This document shows, one piece after another, positions 52,235-61,888 of a stretch of DNA of 64,000 nucleotides. Origin of the DNA: Chloroflexia bacterium (GTDB lineage Bacteria > Chloroflexota > Chloroflexia > QHBQ01 > JAICKM01); NCBI GenBank assembly GCA_050998805.1, contig JBPCPV010000029.1, positions 15,768 to 79,767 of the forward strand. The letters run 5' to 3'. The notes under the pieces were generated by a model. It had not been told where the DNA came from. It made no database searches and saw nothing but the letters and a program-made list of their open reading frames with translations. The position numbers and the translations under genes are program-made. The number at the start of each line of letters is the position of its first letter. The first letter of the stretch is position 1.

Positions 52235-52866
52235 TGCCCGACCAGACGCTTCTATTGGCGACGACCAACGCCCACAAAATCGCCGAGTTCCGCGCCATAC
52301 TCGCGGGCCTGCCCCACCGCCTGCTCACGCTCGCCGATCTCGGCATCAGCGACGATGTGGAGGAGACCGGCGACAGCTTCGAGGCGAACGCACGGCTCAA
52401 GGCGCGTGCCTACTGGTCGTTGGTGCGGGAGCGGGGGATGCGGGCCTGGGTGCTGGCCGACGACAGCGGCCTCGAAGTGGATGCGCTCGGCGGAGGGCCG
52501 GGTGTGATGAGCACCCGTTGGGCAGGCCCAAACACCACCGCAGACGAACGCAATAGCCTGCTCCTCGCCCGCCTGCGCGACGTGCCCCCGGCGGAGCGCA
52601 CCGCGCGCTACCGATGCGTCATCGTGTTGCTCGACCCCGACGGCGCGGAGTTTGTGGGCGTGGGCAGCCTCGAAGGCCGGATCGCCGCCGCGCCCAGGCA
52701 GCGCCACGGCTACGGCTTCGGCTACGACCCGATCTTCGAGCTACCCGAGCGCGGCCTCACCGTCGGCGAAATCCCTCCCGGCGAAAAGGACGCGATCAGC
52801 CACCGTGGGCAGGCTGGGCGGCAAGTACGGGCTGTGCTCGGTAAGGCGGTTTCGAGTTGTGACTGA
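52234..52866 (+). CDS. rdgB: non-canonical purine NTP pyrophosphatase (RdgB/HAM1)
   Basis: LATTNAHK...E.G.SFE.NA..KA, DDSGLEVDALGGGPGV, FGYDPIF motifs; start overlaps the upstream stop (ATGA). Confidence 0.85.
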   Translation: MPDQTLLLATTNAHKIAEFRAILAGLPHRLLTLADLGISDDVEETGDSFEANARLKARAYWSLVRERGMRAWVLADDSGLEVDALGGGPGVMSTRWAGPNTTADERNSLLLARLRDVPPAERTARYRCVIVLLDPDGAEFVGVGSLEGRIAAAPRQRHGYGFGYDPIFELPERGLTVGEIPPGEKDAISHRGQAGRQVRAVLGKAVSSCD

Positions 52867-53137
52867 TCATTCGGGCAAATGGGGAGGCAACTTTGGGGCG
52901 CGTGAGCCAAGCGCGAGTAGAAGTCGGCTGGCCGACCCAACAATGCGAGGATCTGCTGCGTCATGTCTAACGCCGTCATGTGACCTTGCCTCTGCCCTCC
53001 GTCCGCTCGCCGGCGCGTCAACACCCACACCAACCTCGCGATCCGCACCTCGTCACGCATATACACCGGCCGGATATGCACCGCCGTGCCTGACGCCGCC
53101 CCTGAAAGCCGATAGGACTCCGGGCGGGCTGAAAAAC

Positions 53138-53178
53138 GCCTCTGTAGGAGCCGGTTTCAAACCGGCCCCTACAGAGGC
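53138..53178 (-). terminator. long near-perfect palindrome (11-bp outer arms around an inner CCGGTTT/AAACCGG palindrome) followed on the minus strand by GCGTTTTTCAG; terminator of the 53199-54350 gene, possibly bidirectional
   Basis: gcctctgtagg agccggtttcaaaccggc ccctacagaggc. Confidence 0.5.
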
Positions 53179-53198
53179 TGAAAACTGAAAGCTAACCG

Positions 53199-54350
53199 CT
53201 ACCGTGCTGCCGCATGGGTAGCCGTAGGCGTGTTCGTCGGCACCGGCGTGTACGTCGGGCAGGCGAGGCACGGCGGCACCGGGCCGGGGGTGCTCGTCGC
53301 AGACGGGAGGGCTGTACTGCTCGGTACGGCTGTGCCGCTCGGCACGGCTGTCCCGCTCGGCACCGCAGTGGTCGTCGGCGCGAAGGTAGGCGTGCCGCCG
53401 CTCACCGGCGTGAAGGTGCTGCCCGGCGGCTGGCCCTGGAAGCCGTAGCGCCAGTTGTAGTAGTGCTGGCCGATGTTGCCCATCTCGACCCGGAACGCCT
53501 CGGGGTTCGTCGGCACATAAGTCAGCACGCGGCGCTCATAAGCCTGGATTAGCACGTCGGTGGTGTGCCCCTTGATGGTCGCCTTAGCCCAGTAGGCTTC
53601 GCTGATCGGCAGGCCGGTCGCGTAGAACCACGGGCTGCTGATCGGCTCACGCACGACATGGCCCTGGTCCACCACATCGCCGACCTGGTTCAGGAAGTCC
53701 CAGAACGCCTTCGGGATGTTGTGCTTTGTGCGCGATTCGTAGTAGATTACCTGCGTCAGCGGGTCCGATCCCTTCGACGGGTCGTTCCCGACGTTGCCGG
53801 TGCGGTCGATCGTCGCGGTGACGTTCGTGCCGCGCGAGTCCGGGGCGGGGTGGTCGCCGAGGCGGCTGTTCGAGACCTTCGCGAAGGCCGCATAGGTCGG
53901 CGCGAGATGGTCGCCGAAGTCTCCGCTCATCGGGATGTATGCCGAGTACCGCTGCTCGCCGCACGGCGACGCGATGCTGGTCTGGATGCAGCCGCCGATC
54001 AGTTCGACCGCCAACAGGCCGTTGGTAACGAAGAACGCATCGTTCGGGTTGCCATTGGGGTTGTTCAACTCCATGCGGCTCTTGTCGAAGTACTGCACGA
54101 GGCGTTGGCCCGATCCGCCAGGGGCGTCGGTCAGTTTCTCATAGATGCCCGGCGTGTTCGGGTGCGGTCCCCAGTACCAGCTCCGGGGCACCCGTCCCTG
54201 GGCCACCAGAGAGTCGGTGCGTGTCCAGACGACCTCGAACGCCGGGTGGGCGAACGGGGGGAACTCCTGCGCGCCTGCGACCGCCATGCCGAGTAGGGAG
54301 ACCCCCAGGCCGACGAACGCGATCAGGCTTAAGATAATCCGAGTTTTCAT
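53199..54350 (-). CDS. secreted protein with LGFP-like C-terminal domain and Pro/Thr/Ser-rich tail (paralog of 17282-18865)
   Basis: signal peptide MKTRIILSLIAFVGLGVSLLG; shared block RSWYWGP...YFDKSRMELNNP...FVTNGLL...GLPISEAYW...IQAYERRVLTYVP. Confidence 0.5.
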   Translation of the reverse strand: MKTRIILSLIAFVGLGVSLLGMAVAGAQEFPPFAHPAFEVVWTRTDSLVAQGRVPRSWYWGPHPNTPGIYEKLTDAPGGSGQRLVQYFDKSRMELNNPNGNPNDAFFVTNGLLAVELIGGCIQTSIASPCGEQRYSAYIPMSGDFGDHLAPTYAAFAKVSNSRLGDHPAPDSRGTNVTATIDRTGNVGNDPSKGSDPLTQVIYYESRTKHNIPKAFWDFLNQVGDVVDQGHVVREPISSPWFYATGLPISEAYWAKATIKGHTTDVLIQAYERRVLTYVPTNPEAFRVEMGNIGQHYYNWRYGFQGQPPGSTFTPVSGGTPTFAPTTTAVPSGTAVPSGTAVPSSTALPSATSTPGPVPPCLACPTYTPVPTNTPTATHAAAR

Positions 54351-54535
54351 AATCTATCTCCTTCTATATGTGTTCCAAATGTCTTTGCCAGCAGAGTCTA
54401 TGCCGACAGGCTGCGGACGGTGCCGGCCCAGAGGCACGCTATGCGAGGCCGGACCACCCACAGCCCGTGGGTCTACTACAATCAACGAGCCGGGGGCACG
54501 GAGGTTGCATGTGCCATGCATGAGGGGACAAACGT

Positions 54536-54827
54536 TATGGGCGGCAAAAGCAACAGCGAGTACGAAAAGACACTTCTCCTCGAAGACATGGAGAGCCTTG
54601 CCGAGGAGATGGACGAGATCGGCGTCGCAGGCAGCTATGAGGTGATGCGCTGGCTGGCTGTGCCCCGAACCGACGAGCGCCTCGGCGTGCCCGGCACCGC
54701 TGATGAGGTTGCGCTCAAGACGATACTCGATATGATGGAAGAACTCGGCATATCCACCCGCGCCGAGCTAGCAAACCGCATCCGCGCCTTGCAGGAGGAA
54801 CTGGATTGGCCGGACGACGATGCGTAG
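54536..54827 (+). CDS. hypothetical small acidic protein
   Basis: ~97-aa ORF with no recognised domain; start ambiguous (track ORF from 54420). Confidence 0.25.
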
Positions 54828-55113
54828 CGATTTTCACTGTTATTCCGGCACTCACATTGTGCCTTGTGGTTGGCATGAGCCTCGCCGGCTGCGGTAGCGC
54901 GTCTTCCTCCTAAACCACGCGCAATCTGACGATAGTATTCAGAGGTTGAACGGTCAGCCCTTGTGGAAGGTCAGTTACCGGTACACAGTCGTAACAACAA
55001 ACTCGGGATCAATGGCAACTAACAGTTACCGGAGCAGCCCTCTAAACGGTTTGCTGAACGAGATCCAACAAGCCACCCATCGCTAGGTAGCTACCGTGAG
55101 GCAATTCGCGTCA

Positions 55114-55142
55114 TTGACGCCGTGCTCCGAAACGGGTATACT
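55114..55142 (+). promoter_or_regulatory. sigma70-type promoter TTGACG-N17-TATACT for the rpsP-KH-rimM operon
   Basis: -35 55114-55119, -10 55137-55142, ~85-nt leader, RBS aggaga. Confidence 0.55.
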
Positions 55143-55226
55143 ATGGCGCACACTATACGCGCTATGGGGATGGGCCTCTGTCCTGAGAGTCACGCCCGTC
55201 ACTGCCGCATTTATCTAGGAGAAGCA

Positions 55227-55619
55227 ATGCTCAAGATCCGGTTGCGCCGCACGGGCGCTAAGTTCCAACCGCACTATCGCGTGGTCGTCGCAGACGCACG
55301 CGCACCCCGCGACGGCCGCTTCGTGACGATCCTCGGCCACTACGACCCCCGGACCGATCCGCCGACCGTCAACCTCGACGGCGCGAAGCTCGAAGAGTGG
55401 GTCAAGAAAGGCGCGCAGCCGACCGAGGCGGTGATCGGCCTGCTCCGGCTGACGAAACTCGCCCCGGGAGTAGTCGAGGCTTACGGCCGCAAGAACAAAG
55501 CAAGCTCCGCGAACGCGCCGATGTGGGGAGAGGCCGCAGCATCGGTGCCTGCCGCCGACGCCGAGGCCGCAGAGGCCGCTCCCGCCGGCGATGCAGATGC
55601 CGAGGCACCGGAGGCATGA
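55227..55619 (+). CDS. rpsP: 30S ribosomal protein S16 with Ala/Glu-rich C-terminal extension
   Basis: [32 protein letters not shown]...GHYDP canonical S16. Confidence 0.9.
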   Translation: MLKIRLRRTGAKFQPHYRVVVADARAPRDGRFVTILGHYDPRTDPPTVNLDGAKLEEWVKKGAQPTEAVIGLLRLTKLAPGVVEAYGRKNKASSANAPMWGEAAASVPAADAEAAEAAPAGDADAEAPEA

Positions 55620-55843
55620 AAGACCTCGTCGAGTACATCGCCAAGACGCTCGTCGAGTACCCCGACGACGTCGAAGTCCGCGAGGTCCGCACCGAGCGCA
55701 CGGTGATGATCGAGCTGACCGTGAACCCCGAAGAGAAGGGCAAAGTCATCGGGCGCGACGGCAAGATCGCCCGCGCGATACGTGCCCTGGTGAGCATGTC
55801 GGCCCAGCGCGAAGGCAAGCGCGGCATCCTCGAAATCATGTAG
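55616..55843 (+). CDS. KH-domain RNA-binding protein (UPF0109/YlqC family)
   Basis: [17 protein letters not shown] GxxG KH motif; conserved position between rpsP and rimM; ATGA overlap with the rpsP stop. Confidence 0.8.
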   Translation: MKDLVEYIAKTLVEYPDDVEVREVRTERTVMIELTVNPEEKGKVIGRDGKIARAIRALVSMSAQREGKRGILEIM

Positions 55844-55844
55844 G

Positions 55845-56492
55845 GTGGCGGCCCCCGACTTCATCACGATAGGTCAAGTTATCGCGGCGCACGGCGTGCG
55901 GGGCGAGCTGCGAGTGAGCATACTCAGCGACTTCCCGCAACGCTTCCTCGCGCTGCAACACGTCTATCTCTGCCCGCCGCCTCTCATAAAGGGCGGGCGT
56001 CCTACAGAGGCAGCGTCCGCCGCGCCCCAGGAGTACAAGGTGATGACCGCCCGGCTGCTCGGCGGAGGCAACAAGCGGCTCTTCCCTCTGGCCGACCCTG
56101 CGGACGCCGAGCGGAGCGGTCCCTGGGCAGGGCAGGTCCATGAGGCGCTCGTCAAGCTGGCGGGGGTAAACGACCCTGAGACCGCCACAGCCCTGCGGCG
56201 CTACCTGCTCCAACTCCCCGCTGCCGAAGCCTGGCCCCTGCCGCCCGACACCTTCTACTCATTCCAGATCGAGGGCCTGCCGGTCCTTGCACCCGACGGG
56301 CGCAGCCTCGGCGTCGTCGAGGAGCTGCTTGCGACCGGTAGCAACGACGTGTACGTGGTCCGCACGCCGTCCGGCAAAGAGCTGCTGGTTCCGGCGATCC
56401 GAGATGTCGTCCTCGAGATAGACCCGCAGGCCGGATATATCCGTATCCGCGACACCGCCGAGTGGAGCGATGAAGAAGCTGCGCGGGAGTAG
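55845..56492 (+). CDS. rimM: 16S rRNA processing protein RimM
   Basis: ITIGQVIAAHGVRGELRV N-terminal RimM domain + PRC barrel; GTG start. Confidence 0.85.
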   Translation: MAAPDFITIGQVIAAHGVRGELRVSILSDFPQRFLALQHVYLCPPPLIKGGRPTEAASAAPQEYKVMTARLLGGGNKRLFPLADPADAERSGPWAGQVHEALVKLAGVNDPETATALRRYLLQLPAAEAWPLPPDTFYSFQIEGLPVLAPDGRSLGVVEELLATGSNDVYVVRTPSGKELLVPAIRDVVLEIDPQAGYIRIRDTAEWSDEEAARE

Positions 56493-57834
56493 CCCCCGCC
56501 TCCGCCGACCCCGATTAAGCGAAGCCAAGAACCGCATCACGCCGACCTTCCGCATCCTGCCGGCAGTCCCCGAAGAACCGGCCGGCGGCCTCTTGCCCTC
56601 GCAGGTGCAGACCGGGATGCGCTGGTCTATCTTCGAGGGCGGCTTTGCCCAGGTCTTCCTCAACACCACCACCGGCTCGTTCGTGACCGCGCTCACGCTC
56701 TTCCTGGGGGCGAGTGACTTCGTGCTTGGGCTGGTGACTTCGCTGCCGGTCTTGACGCAGCTCGTGCAGCTCCCCGCCGCCTGGATGGTCGAGCATCGCG
56801 GCAACAGGCGTGCGCTCACAGTCTGGTCGAGCCTCGGTCGGCTCTTCTGGCTCGTGCCGGTGGTGCTGCTCTTTGTGCCGATGGACCCGGTCTTGAGGCT
56901 CTGGCTCGTCGTGGCCGCGATCGCCCTCGCATGGAGCCTGCTCGCGATCAGCAGCAACGCCTGGCTCTCCTGGATGAGCGACCTGATCCCGCCGACGCTG
57001 CGGGGGCGGTTCTTCGGCACCCGCAACACGGTGCTGGCGCTGGTCGGCCTCGTGGTGATCTTCGGCGGCGGCAGCCTGCTCGACTTCGCCCGCCAGAACG
57101 GGCACCCCGAGGTAGGTTTCGCGGTCCTTTACGGAGCCGCCTGCGTCGCCGGGCTGTTGAGCACCGTCTTCATCAGCCGCCAGCCGGAGCCTAAGCTGGT
57201 TCGCGTGCCCGGCGGCATGGGCTTCGGTCAGATGTTGCAGGCGCCGTTGCGCGACAAGTCTTTCCGGGCGTTCATCTTGACTATGACGATCTGGGGCATC
57301 GGGGTGAACCTCGGCGTGCCGTTTTTCAGCGCCCAGGCGCTCAAGAACCTCCACGTCAGCTACCAGCAGCTAGCGACACTCGACATGACCACGGTCGCAG
57401 TCGGCATTCTTACCGCGCCGCTCTGGGGCCGGTGGGCCGACAGGGCGGGGCACCGCCTCGCCCTCACCGTCAGTATGATCGGCGCGTCCCCGCTCGCGCT
57501 CACCTGGCTCTTTGTCACCCCGGCGAACATCTGGCTGCTATATTGTAACAACATCATGTCGGGGATCTTCTGGACCGGCGTCAACCTCGCGCTGAACAAC
57601 CGCCTGATGGAGCGCGCGCCTGCCGCCGGGCGGTCCGGCTACCTGGCGCTCTACTCGGCGATCACCGGCGTGGCCGCCTTCGCGGCCTCGCTCATCGGCG
57701 GCATCATCGCAAATGCGCTCGCCGGGGGCAACTACTCGCTCGGCCCGCTGCCGATCAACAACTACCAGGCGATCTTCCTGATCGCCGGCCTCACTCGCAT
57801 CGGCGTCGTCGTCTTCCGCCGCCGAACGCTCTGA
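56470..57834 (+). CDS. MFS transporter
   Basis: 12-TM protein; start uncertain (alternative Met or GTG near 56606-56617). Confidence 0.7.
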   Translation: MKKLRGSSPRLRRPRLSEAKNRITPTFRILPAVPEEPAGGLLPSQVQTGMRWSIFEGGFAQVFLNTTTGSFVTALTLFLGASDFVLGLVTSLPVLTQLVQLPAAWMVEHRGNRRALTVWSSLGRLFWLVPVVLLFVPMDPVLRLWLVVAAIALAWSLLAISSNAWLSWMSDLIPPTLRGRFFGTRNTVLALVGLVVIFGGGSLLDFARQNGHPEVGFAVLYGAACVAGLLSTVFISRQPEPKLVRVPGGMGFGQMLQAPLRDKSFRAFILTMTIWGIGVNLGVPFFSAQALKNLHVSYQQLATLDMTTVAVGILTAPLWGRWADRAGHRLALTVSMIGASPLALTWLFVTPANIWLLYCNNIMSGIFWTGVNLALNNRLMERAPAAGRSGYLALYSAITGVAAFAASLIGGIIANALAGGNYSLGPLPINNYQAIFLIAGLTRIGVVVFRRRTL

Positions 57835-57931
57835 GCCGTCGCGGAACCCGCCGCGCCCCTCTTACGTTGTATTCTGTAGCGGGCGGCGCTGTGCCAACCT
57901 CTGGTCCTGTATTTGGAAAGGTGAATTAAGA

Positions 57932-59404
57932 ATGAGCCACATTTCTTACACTCCCCGCCGTGCCGGGCTGCTCGGCCTGCTGATGCTTGCGCTCTTGCCG
58001 GCGCTTGCCGGCTGCGACATCGCAGCGCCCACCGGCACGCCGATCCCCGCCACCACCACTGCGACCGAGTTGCCGCCGACCTCGCTCCCGCCGACACAGC
58101 CTCCGGCCATAGACACCGCCGCGCCCCAGGCCCCGGCCACCGACACCGCCTCGCCGCCTACGGCTGCCCCGACTGATACGCCGCTCGCCCCGCCGCCGAC
58201 CGCCGCGCCGAGCGATACCGTTCCTGCGCCGACGGTCCCTGAGCCGACCGCGACGAACATACCCGACCTGGCGACCGTCACCCCTGTGCCGCCTGCCGAG
58301 ACGCCGACAACCGCGCCGCCCGTTCCGACAGCCCCGCCCGTCACCCCGACGCCTCCACCCTCGTCGGGCACAGGCCGGATCGTCTTCGTGCTCGACAATG
58401 AGCTGGCTGTGGTGAACTCCGACGGCTCGGGGCTGACCCGCCTCGGCGTGAAGGGCGACATCACCTCGCCCCGATGGTCGCCCGACAAGACACGCATCGT
58501 TTACCTGCTTGGCTACGGGGTCGCCGCCGACCTTTGGGTGGTACATGGCGACGGCAGTTCGCTGCACCGCCTGACTAATACCCCCGGGATCGGCGAGTCC
58601 GAACCCCAATGGTCGCCTGACGGACGGACGCTCGCCTATACCCGCACCGCCGACACGAACGGCGACAAGCAGCTCGACACCCGTGACACGAGCGCGGTCT
58701 GGCTGATCGGCGCGGATGGCACCAGCCCCCACCGCCTCGCCGACGGTATGGACCCCGCCTGGGCACCCGACGGCAAACGCCTCGCCTTCGCGACCGCCGG
58801 CAAGCGGACAGCCGACAACCCCTACGGTTCAGGCAACACGATAGATATGATCAACGCACAGGGGCAGAACCGATGGAGTCCGATCAAGATACCGAACATC
58901 CCGCAGGACACCAGCCTCGTGAACCCCGAAGCGAAGTTCAACGCAGGCACCAACTTCCTGCGCTACCCCGCCTGGGCACCCGGCAATCACAGCGTCGCCT
59001 TCATGGCAGAGGGCCACAGCGGGCTGATCGTCACCACGACCGACAAGGGTGCCCAACCGACACTGCACGACTTCGATTACGAGGGCAGCTACGGCCGAGT
59101 CTTCTGGTCGCCCGACGGCGGGAAGCTGGCATATGAGGTTCTCCCGCCGAGCGGGATCGCTCAGGTCGCGGTGCTTAACCTGGGCAGCGGGAACCGCACT
59201 GCGTTCGGCAACCCCCACGAGGGCAGCGCCGCCTCCAACCCAAGCTGGGGGCCGGACAGCTCCGGCATCGCCTACATACAGGCGATCCCGAGCGCCGAAA
59301 CCCCTGCGGTCCCTGTCGGTGCGCTGATGGTCGCCGACTTCCTACACCCTGAGAGCGCCCATGCGATAGTGCCGAGCGGGGCGTCCGAGCCGGATTGGAG
59401 GTAG
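57932..59404 (+). CDS. lipoprotein with PT-rich linker and TolB-like (PD40/WD40-type) beta-propeller
   Basis: lipobox LAGC; repeated SPDG(K/R)xLA(F/Y) PD40-like blades. Confidence 0.6.
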   Translation: MSHISYTPRRAGLLGLLMLALLPALAGCDIAAPTGTPIPATTTATELPPTSLPPTQPPAIDTAAPQAPATDTASPPTAAPTDTPLAPPPTAAPSDTVPAPTVPEPTATNIPDLATVTPVPPAETPTTAPPVPTAPPVTPTPPPSSGTGRIVFVLDNELAVVNSDGSGLTRLGVKGDITSPRWSPDKTRIVYLLGYGVAADLWVVHGDGSSLHRLTNTPGIGESEPQWSPDGRTLAYTRTADTNGDKQLDTRDTSAVWLIGADGTSPHRLADGMDPAWAPDGKRLAFATAGKRTADNPYGSGNTIDMINAQGQNRWSPIKIPNIPQDTSLVNPEAKFNAGTNFLRYPAWAPGNHSVAFMAEGHSGLIVTTTDKGAQPTLHDFDYEGSYGRVFWSPDGGKLAYEVLPPSGIAQVAVLNLGSGNRTAFGNPHEGSAASNPSWGPDSSGIAYIQAIPSAETPAVPVGALMVADFLHPESAHAIVPSGASEPDWR

Positions 59405-59411
59405 GCCGGAG

Positions 59412-59894
59412 CTACTTGATCTCCGGGAGGCTCGTCCAGTCATAGCCGATCTCGGCGTCGTCGTGGGAGATGCGGCCTTCCTCGGCAGGGTCGTAGGTCT
59501 TCGAGGTGACGTAGAACAGGTGACTGAGGGCGAGGGCGCGGCAGCCGTGGGCGACGCCGGGCGGGATCTTGAGCACATTCTGAGGGTAATTCTCGCCCAT
59601 GAACAGTTCCATAGTCACCCCATGCGTCGGGGCGTCGGGGCGTGTGTCGTAGAGGGCTACTTTGAGCGCGCCGAGCGGCACATACCACCAGTCAACCTGG
59701 GTCTTGTGGATGTGCCAGGCTTTGCCCACGCCGGGGTGCATCATCGAGTGGCTGAGTTGGGCGAAGCCCTCTCCGAAGAACGGGTCGGTGACGCGGATGA
59801 TCTCGCGGAAGTAGCCGCGTTCGTCGGGGTGGGTGGTCAGGTCTTTGATCACCACGCCTTCAATCGCGGGCTTCGTAATCCTGGTATCGGCCAT
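59412..59894 (-). CDS. dTDP-4-dehydrorhamnose 3,5-epimerase-like cupin (RmlC family)
   Basis: DERGYFRE..., HIHK... RmlC-like motifs; start MADTRITKP after trimming the over-extended track ORF. Confidence 0.7.
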   Translation of the reverse strand: MADTRITKPAIEGVVIKDLTTHPDERGYFREIIRVTDPFFGEGFAQLSHSMMHPGVGKAWHIHKTQVDWWYVPLGALKVALYDTRPDAPTHGVTMELFMGENYPQNVLKIPPGVAHGCRALALSHLFYVTSKTYDPAEEGRISHDDAEIGYDWTSLPEIK

Positions 59895-60010
59895 GCGACG
59901 GGTCTCCTCTGTGCCGGCTGTGTCGGGTAATCGCAGCCCCATTCTACCACAGTCCGCCGGCCGCGCGCAAACATTGCCCATGCCGCGCAGCTGTGTTATG
60001 ATACAGGAGT

Positions 60011-61210
60011 ATGGAGACGATCCACTTCACGGCGCGCACAAAGATTGTGCTGATCTGGGCGGGAATCGGGCTGGCGCTCGTGTTCCTCTACTCGGTCGGC
60101 TCGATTGTCACGCCCTTCATCTGGGCGTTCGTCACGGCTTTTATCCTGAACGCTCTGGTCGGCTTTGCCGTACGCCGCATCGGGGGGCCGCGTGCTCTCT
60201 GGGTGGTGCTGATCTACTTCGGCCTGCTCGCCGCGTTGGCCTGGGGGCTGACGGTCATGGTGCCTGTGATGGGCAGGCAGGCTCACCAGCTTGCCAACGA
60301 CGTGCCGCTCTATACCCAGCAGGTCGAGAACTTCATCAGGAGCAACAACCTTCGCATAGGCGACATCCGGATTTCGACACCGCAAATGGGCGATGCGATC
60401 CGCCAGGCGGCCGACAACTTCATCAGCGGGCTGCGGACGCAGGTGCCCCAGCTCGTGCGCGACCTAGCCGACCGGCTGCTCAAGCTGCTGCTCTACCTGA
60501 TCGCCACATTCTACTTCCTGCTGCAAGCCGATAAGATCGTCAGCAACTTCCGTGGGATGTTTTCGCCCGGCGTGCTGACTGAACTTGACCCCTGGTTCAA
60601 GCGGATCAACTCGACGCTCGGTGCCTACCTGCGGGGGCAGGCGCTGCTGATCGTCCTCATCAGCACGGCGACTTTCGTCGGCCTCCAGATACTCGGCGTG
60701 CGCTTCCCGCTGGTGCTCGGCATCATGAGCGGGCTGGTCGAGACGATACCCTACATCGGCCCCTATGCCGCCGGTGCAGTCGCCACACTCGTCGCTCTCA
60801 CCCAGCCTGAGACGAACACATTCAGCCTCCAACCCCTGATGCTCGGCGTCGCCGTCGCGCTGATGTACACCGTGATCCGCCAGGTCGAGGACAACCTGAT
60901 CATGCCGTTCGTCATCGGGCGGACGGTGGAGTTGCACCCCCTGACGGTGCTGTTTGTCGTGCTGGCGGGGGCGAGCTTGGCCGGCATCCTCGGCCTGCTG
61001 CTCGCGGTTCCGGCCGCGGCCACGCTCAAGATCATCATTGAGTTCCTCTGGAAGAAGATCCGGGAACCCGACCGCCCCGAGGAGGTCGTCGAGGTCGAGG
61101 CCGCGCCCGATGGGCCTCTCGCCCCGCCCGGTCCAACGCCGATGCCCGGCCCTGCCACGCCCGATCCATCGGCACGCCGCTCTGCGATCCTCGGCCCTGC
61201 GGAAGAATGA
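60011..61210 (+). CDS. AI-2E family transporter (PerM/UPF0118)
   Basis: 8-TM organisation with characteristic ...LV.LFYFL... and C-terminal cytoplasmic tail. Confidence 0.8.
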   Translation: METIHFTARTKIVLIWAGIGLALVFLYSVGSIVTPFIWAFVTAFILNALVGFAVRRIGGPRALWVVLIYFGLLAALAWGLTVMVPVMGRQAHQLANDVPLYTQQVENFIRSNNLRIGDIRISTPQMGDAIRQAADNFISGLRTQVPQLVRDLADRLLKLLLYLIATFYFLLQADKIVSNFRGMFSPGVLTELDPWFKRINSTLGAYLRGQALLIVLISTATFVGLQILGVRFPLVLGIMSGLVETIPYIGPYAAGAVATLVALTQPETNTFSLQPLMLGVAVALMYTVIRQVEDNLIMPFVIGRTVELHPLTVLFVVLAGASLAGILGLLLAVPAAATLKIIIEFLWKKIREPDRPEEVVEVEAAPDGPLAPPGPTPMPGPATPDPSARRSAILGPAEE

Positions 61211-61881
61211 GCGTCGAGGTGCGCCTGGGTGGCCCCCGCGCGAGGCTTGCCTGCCTCGCGCTTGACGACGGCTACACCACCGCCCGCATGTGGCAAGCTG
61301 CCACGCATAGCTCGGACGACCCCGCGCTCGGCCTTGCCTCGTTGGAGAGCGGCACCCCCGATGCCCCATTCAGCGTCAGCTTCCAGCAGGTGCGCCTGCC
61401 CCGGCCGGTTGAGGTGCCCGGCATCTGCGGCCTGCGCCCCCCGGAGGCCCGTCTCGCCGCCTGGGAAGCCGCAGGTTGCCTGCTGGTCGCCTGCCCGCCG
61501 CAACCGGCTCTCAACCCACCGCCGGGCGACGCCGATGCCGAGCCGGACCCTGCCGAGATCCCGGTCGAGGTCTGGGGCTACGTCTCCCTGAGCGCGGTTC
61601 CCGACGCGCACCTCGCCTGGGTCGCCGAGCTTGTGGTAGACCCCGAGCACCGGAGGCAGGGGTTGGGCAGCACGCTGCTCGACGCCGCCCGCGCCTGGGC
61701 GGCCGCTCCCGTGGAGGACGGCGGCGGCGGCAGGCTGTCGGCGCTCGGCCTCGAACTCGCGCCCCGCAACTACCCGGCGATCTCCTTCTGCCGCCGCGCT
61801 GGCTTCACCTTCACCGGCTACACCGACTACACGGCGGCCGGCGGCGACCTGCGGCTGTTCTTCGTCTTGCGTATCGCCTGA
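61207..61881 (+). CDS. GNAT-family N-acetyltransferase
   Basis: C-terminal VDPEHRRQGLGSTLL acetyl-CoA binding motif; ATGA overlap with the upstream gene. Confidence 0.5.
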   Translation: MSVEVRLGGPRARLACLALDDGYTTARMWQAATHSSDDPALGLASLESGTPDAPFSVSFQQVRLPRPVEVPGICGLRPPEARLAAWEAAGCLLVACPPQPALNPPPGDADAEPDPAEIPVEVWGYVSLSAVPDAHLAWVAELVVDPEHRRQGLGSTLLDAARAWAAAPVEDGGGGRLSALGLELAPRNYPAISFCRRAGFTFTGYTDYTAAGGDLRLFFVLRIA

Positions 61882-61888
61882 CGGGCTA

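Noticed and set aside
56515-57354. 279-aa minus-strand ORF
   Set aside because: Antisense to the MFS transporter gene.
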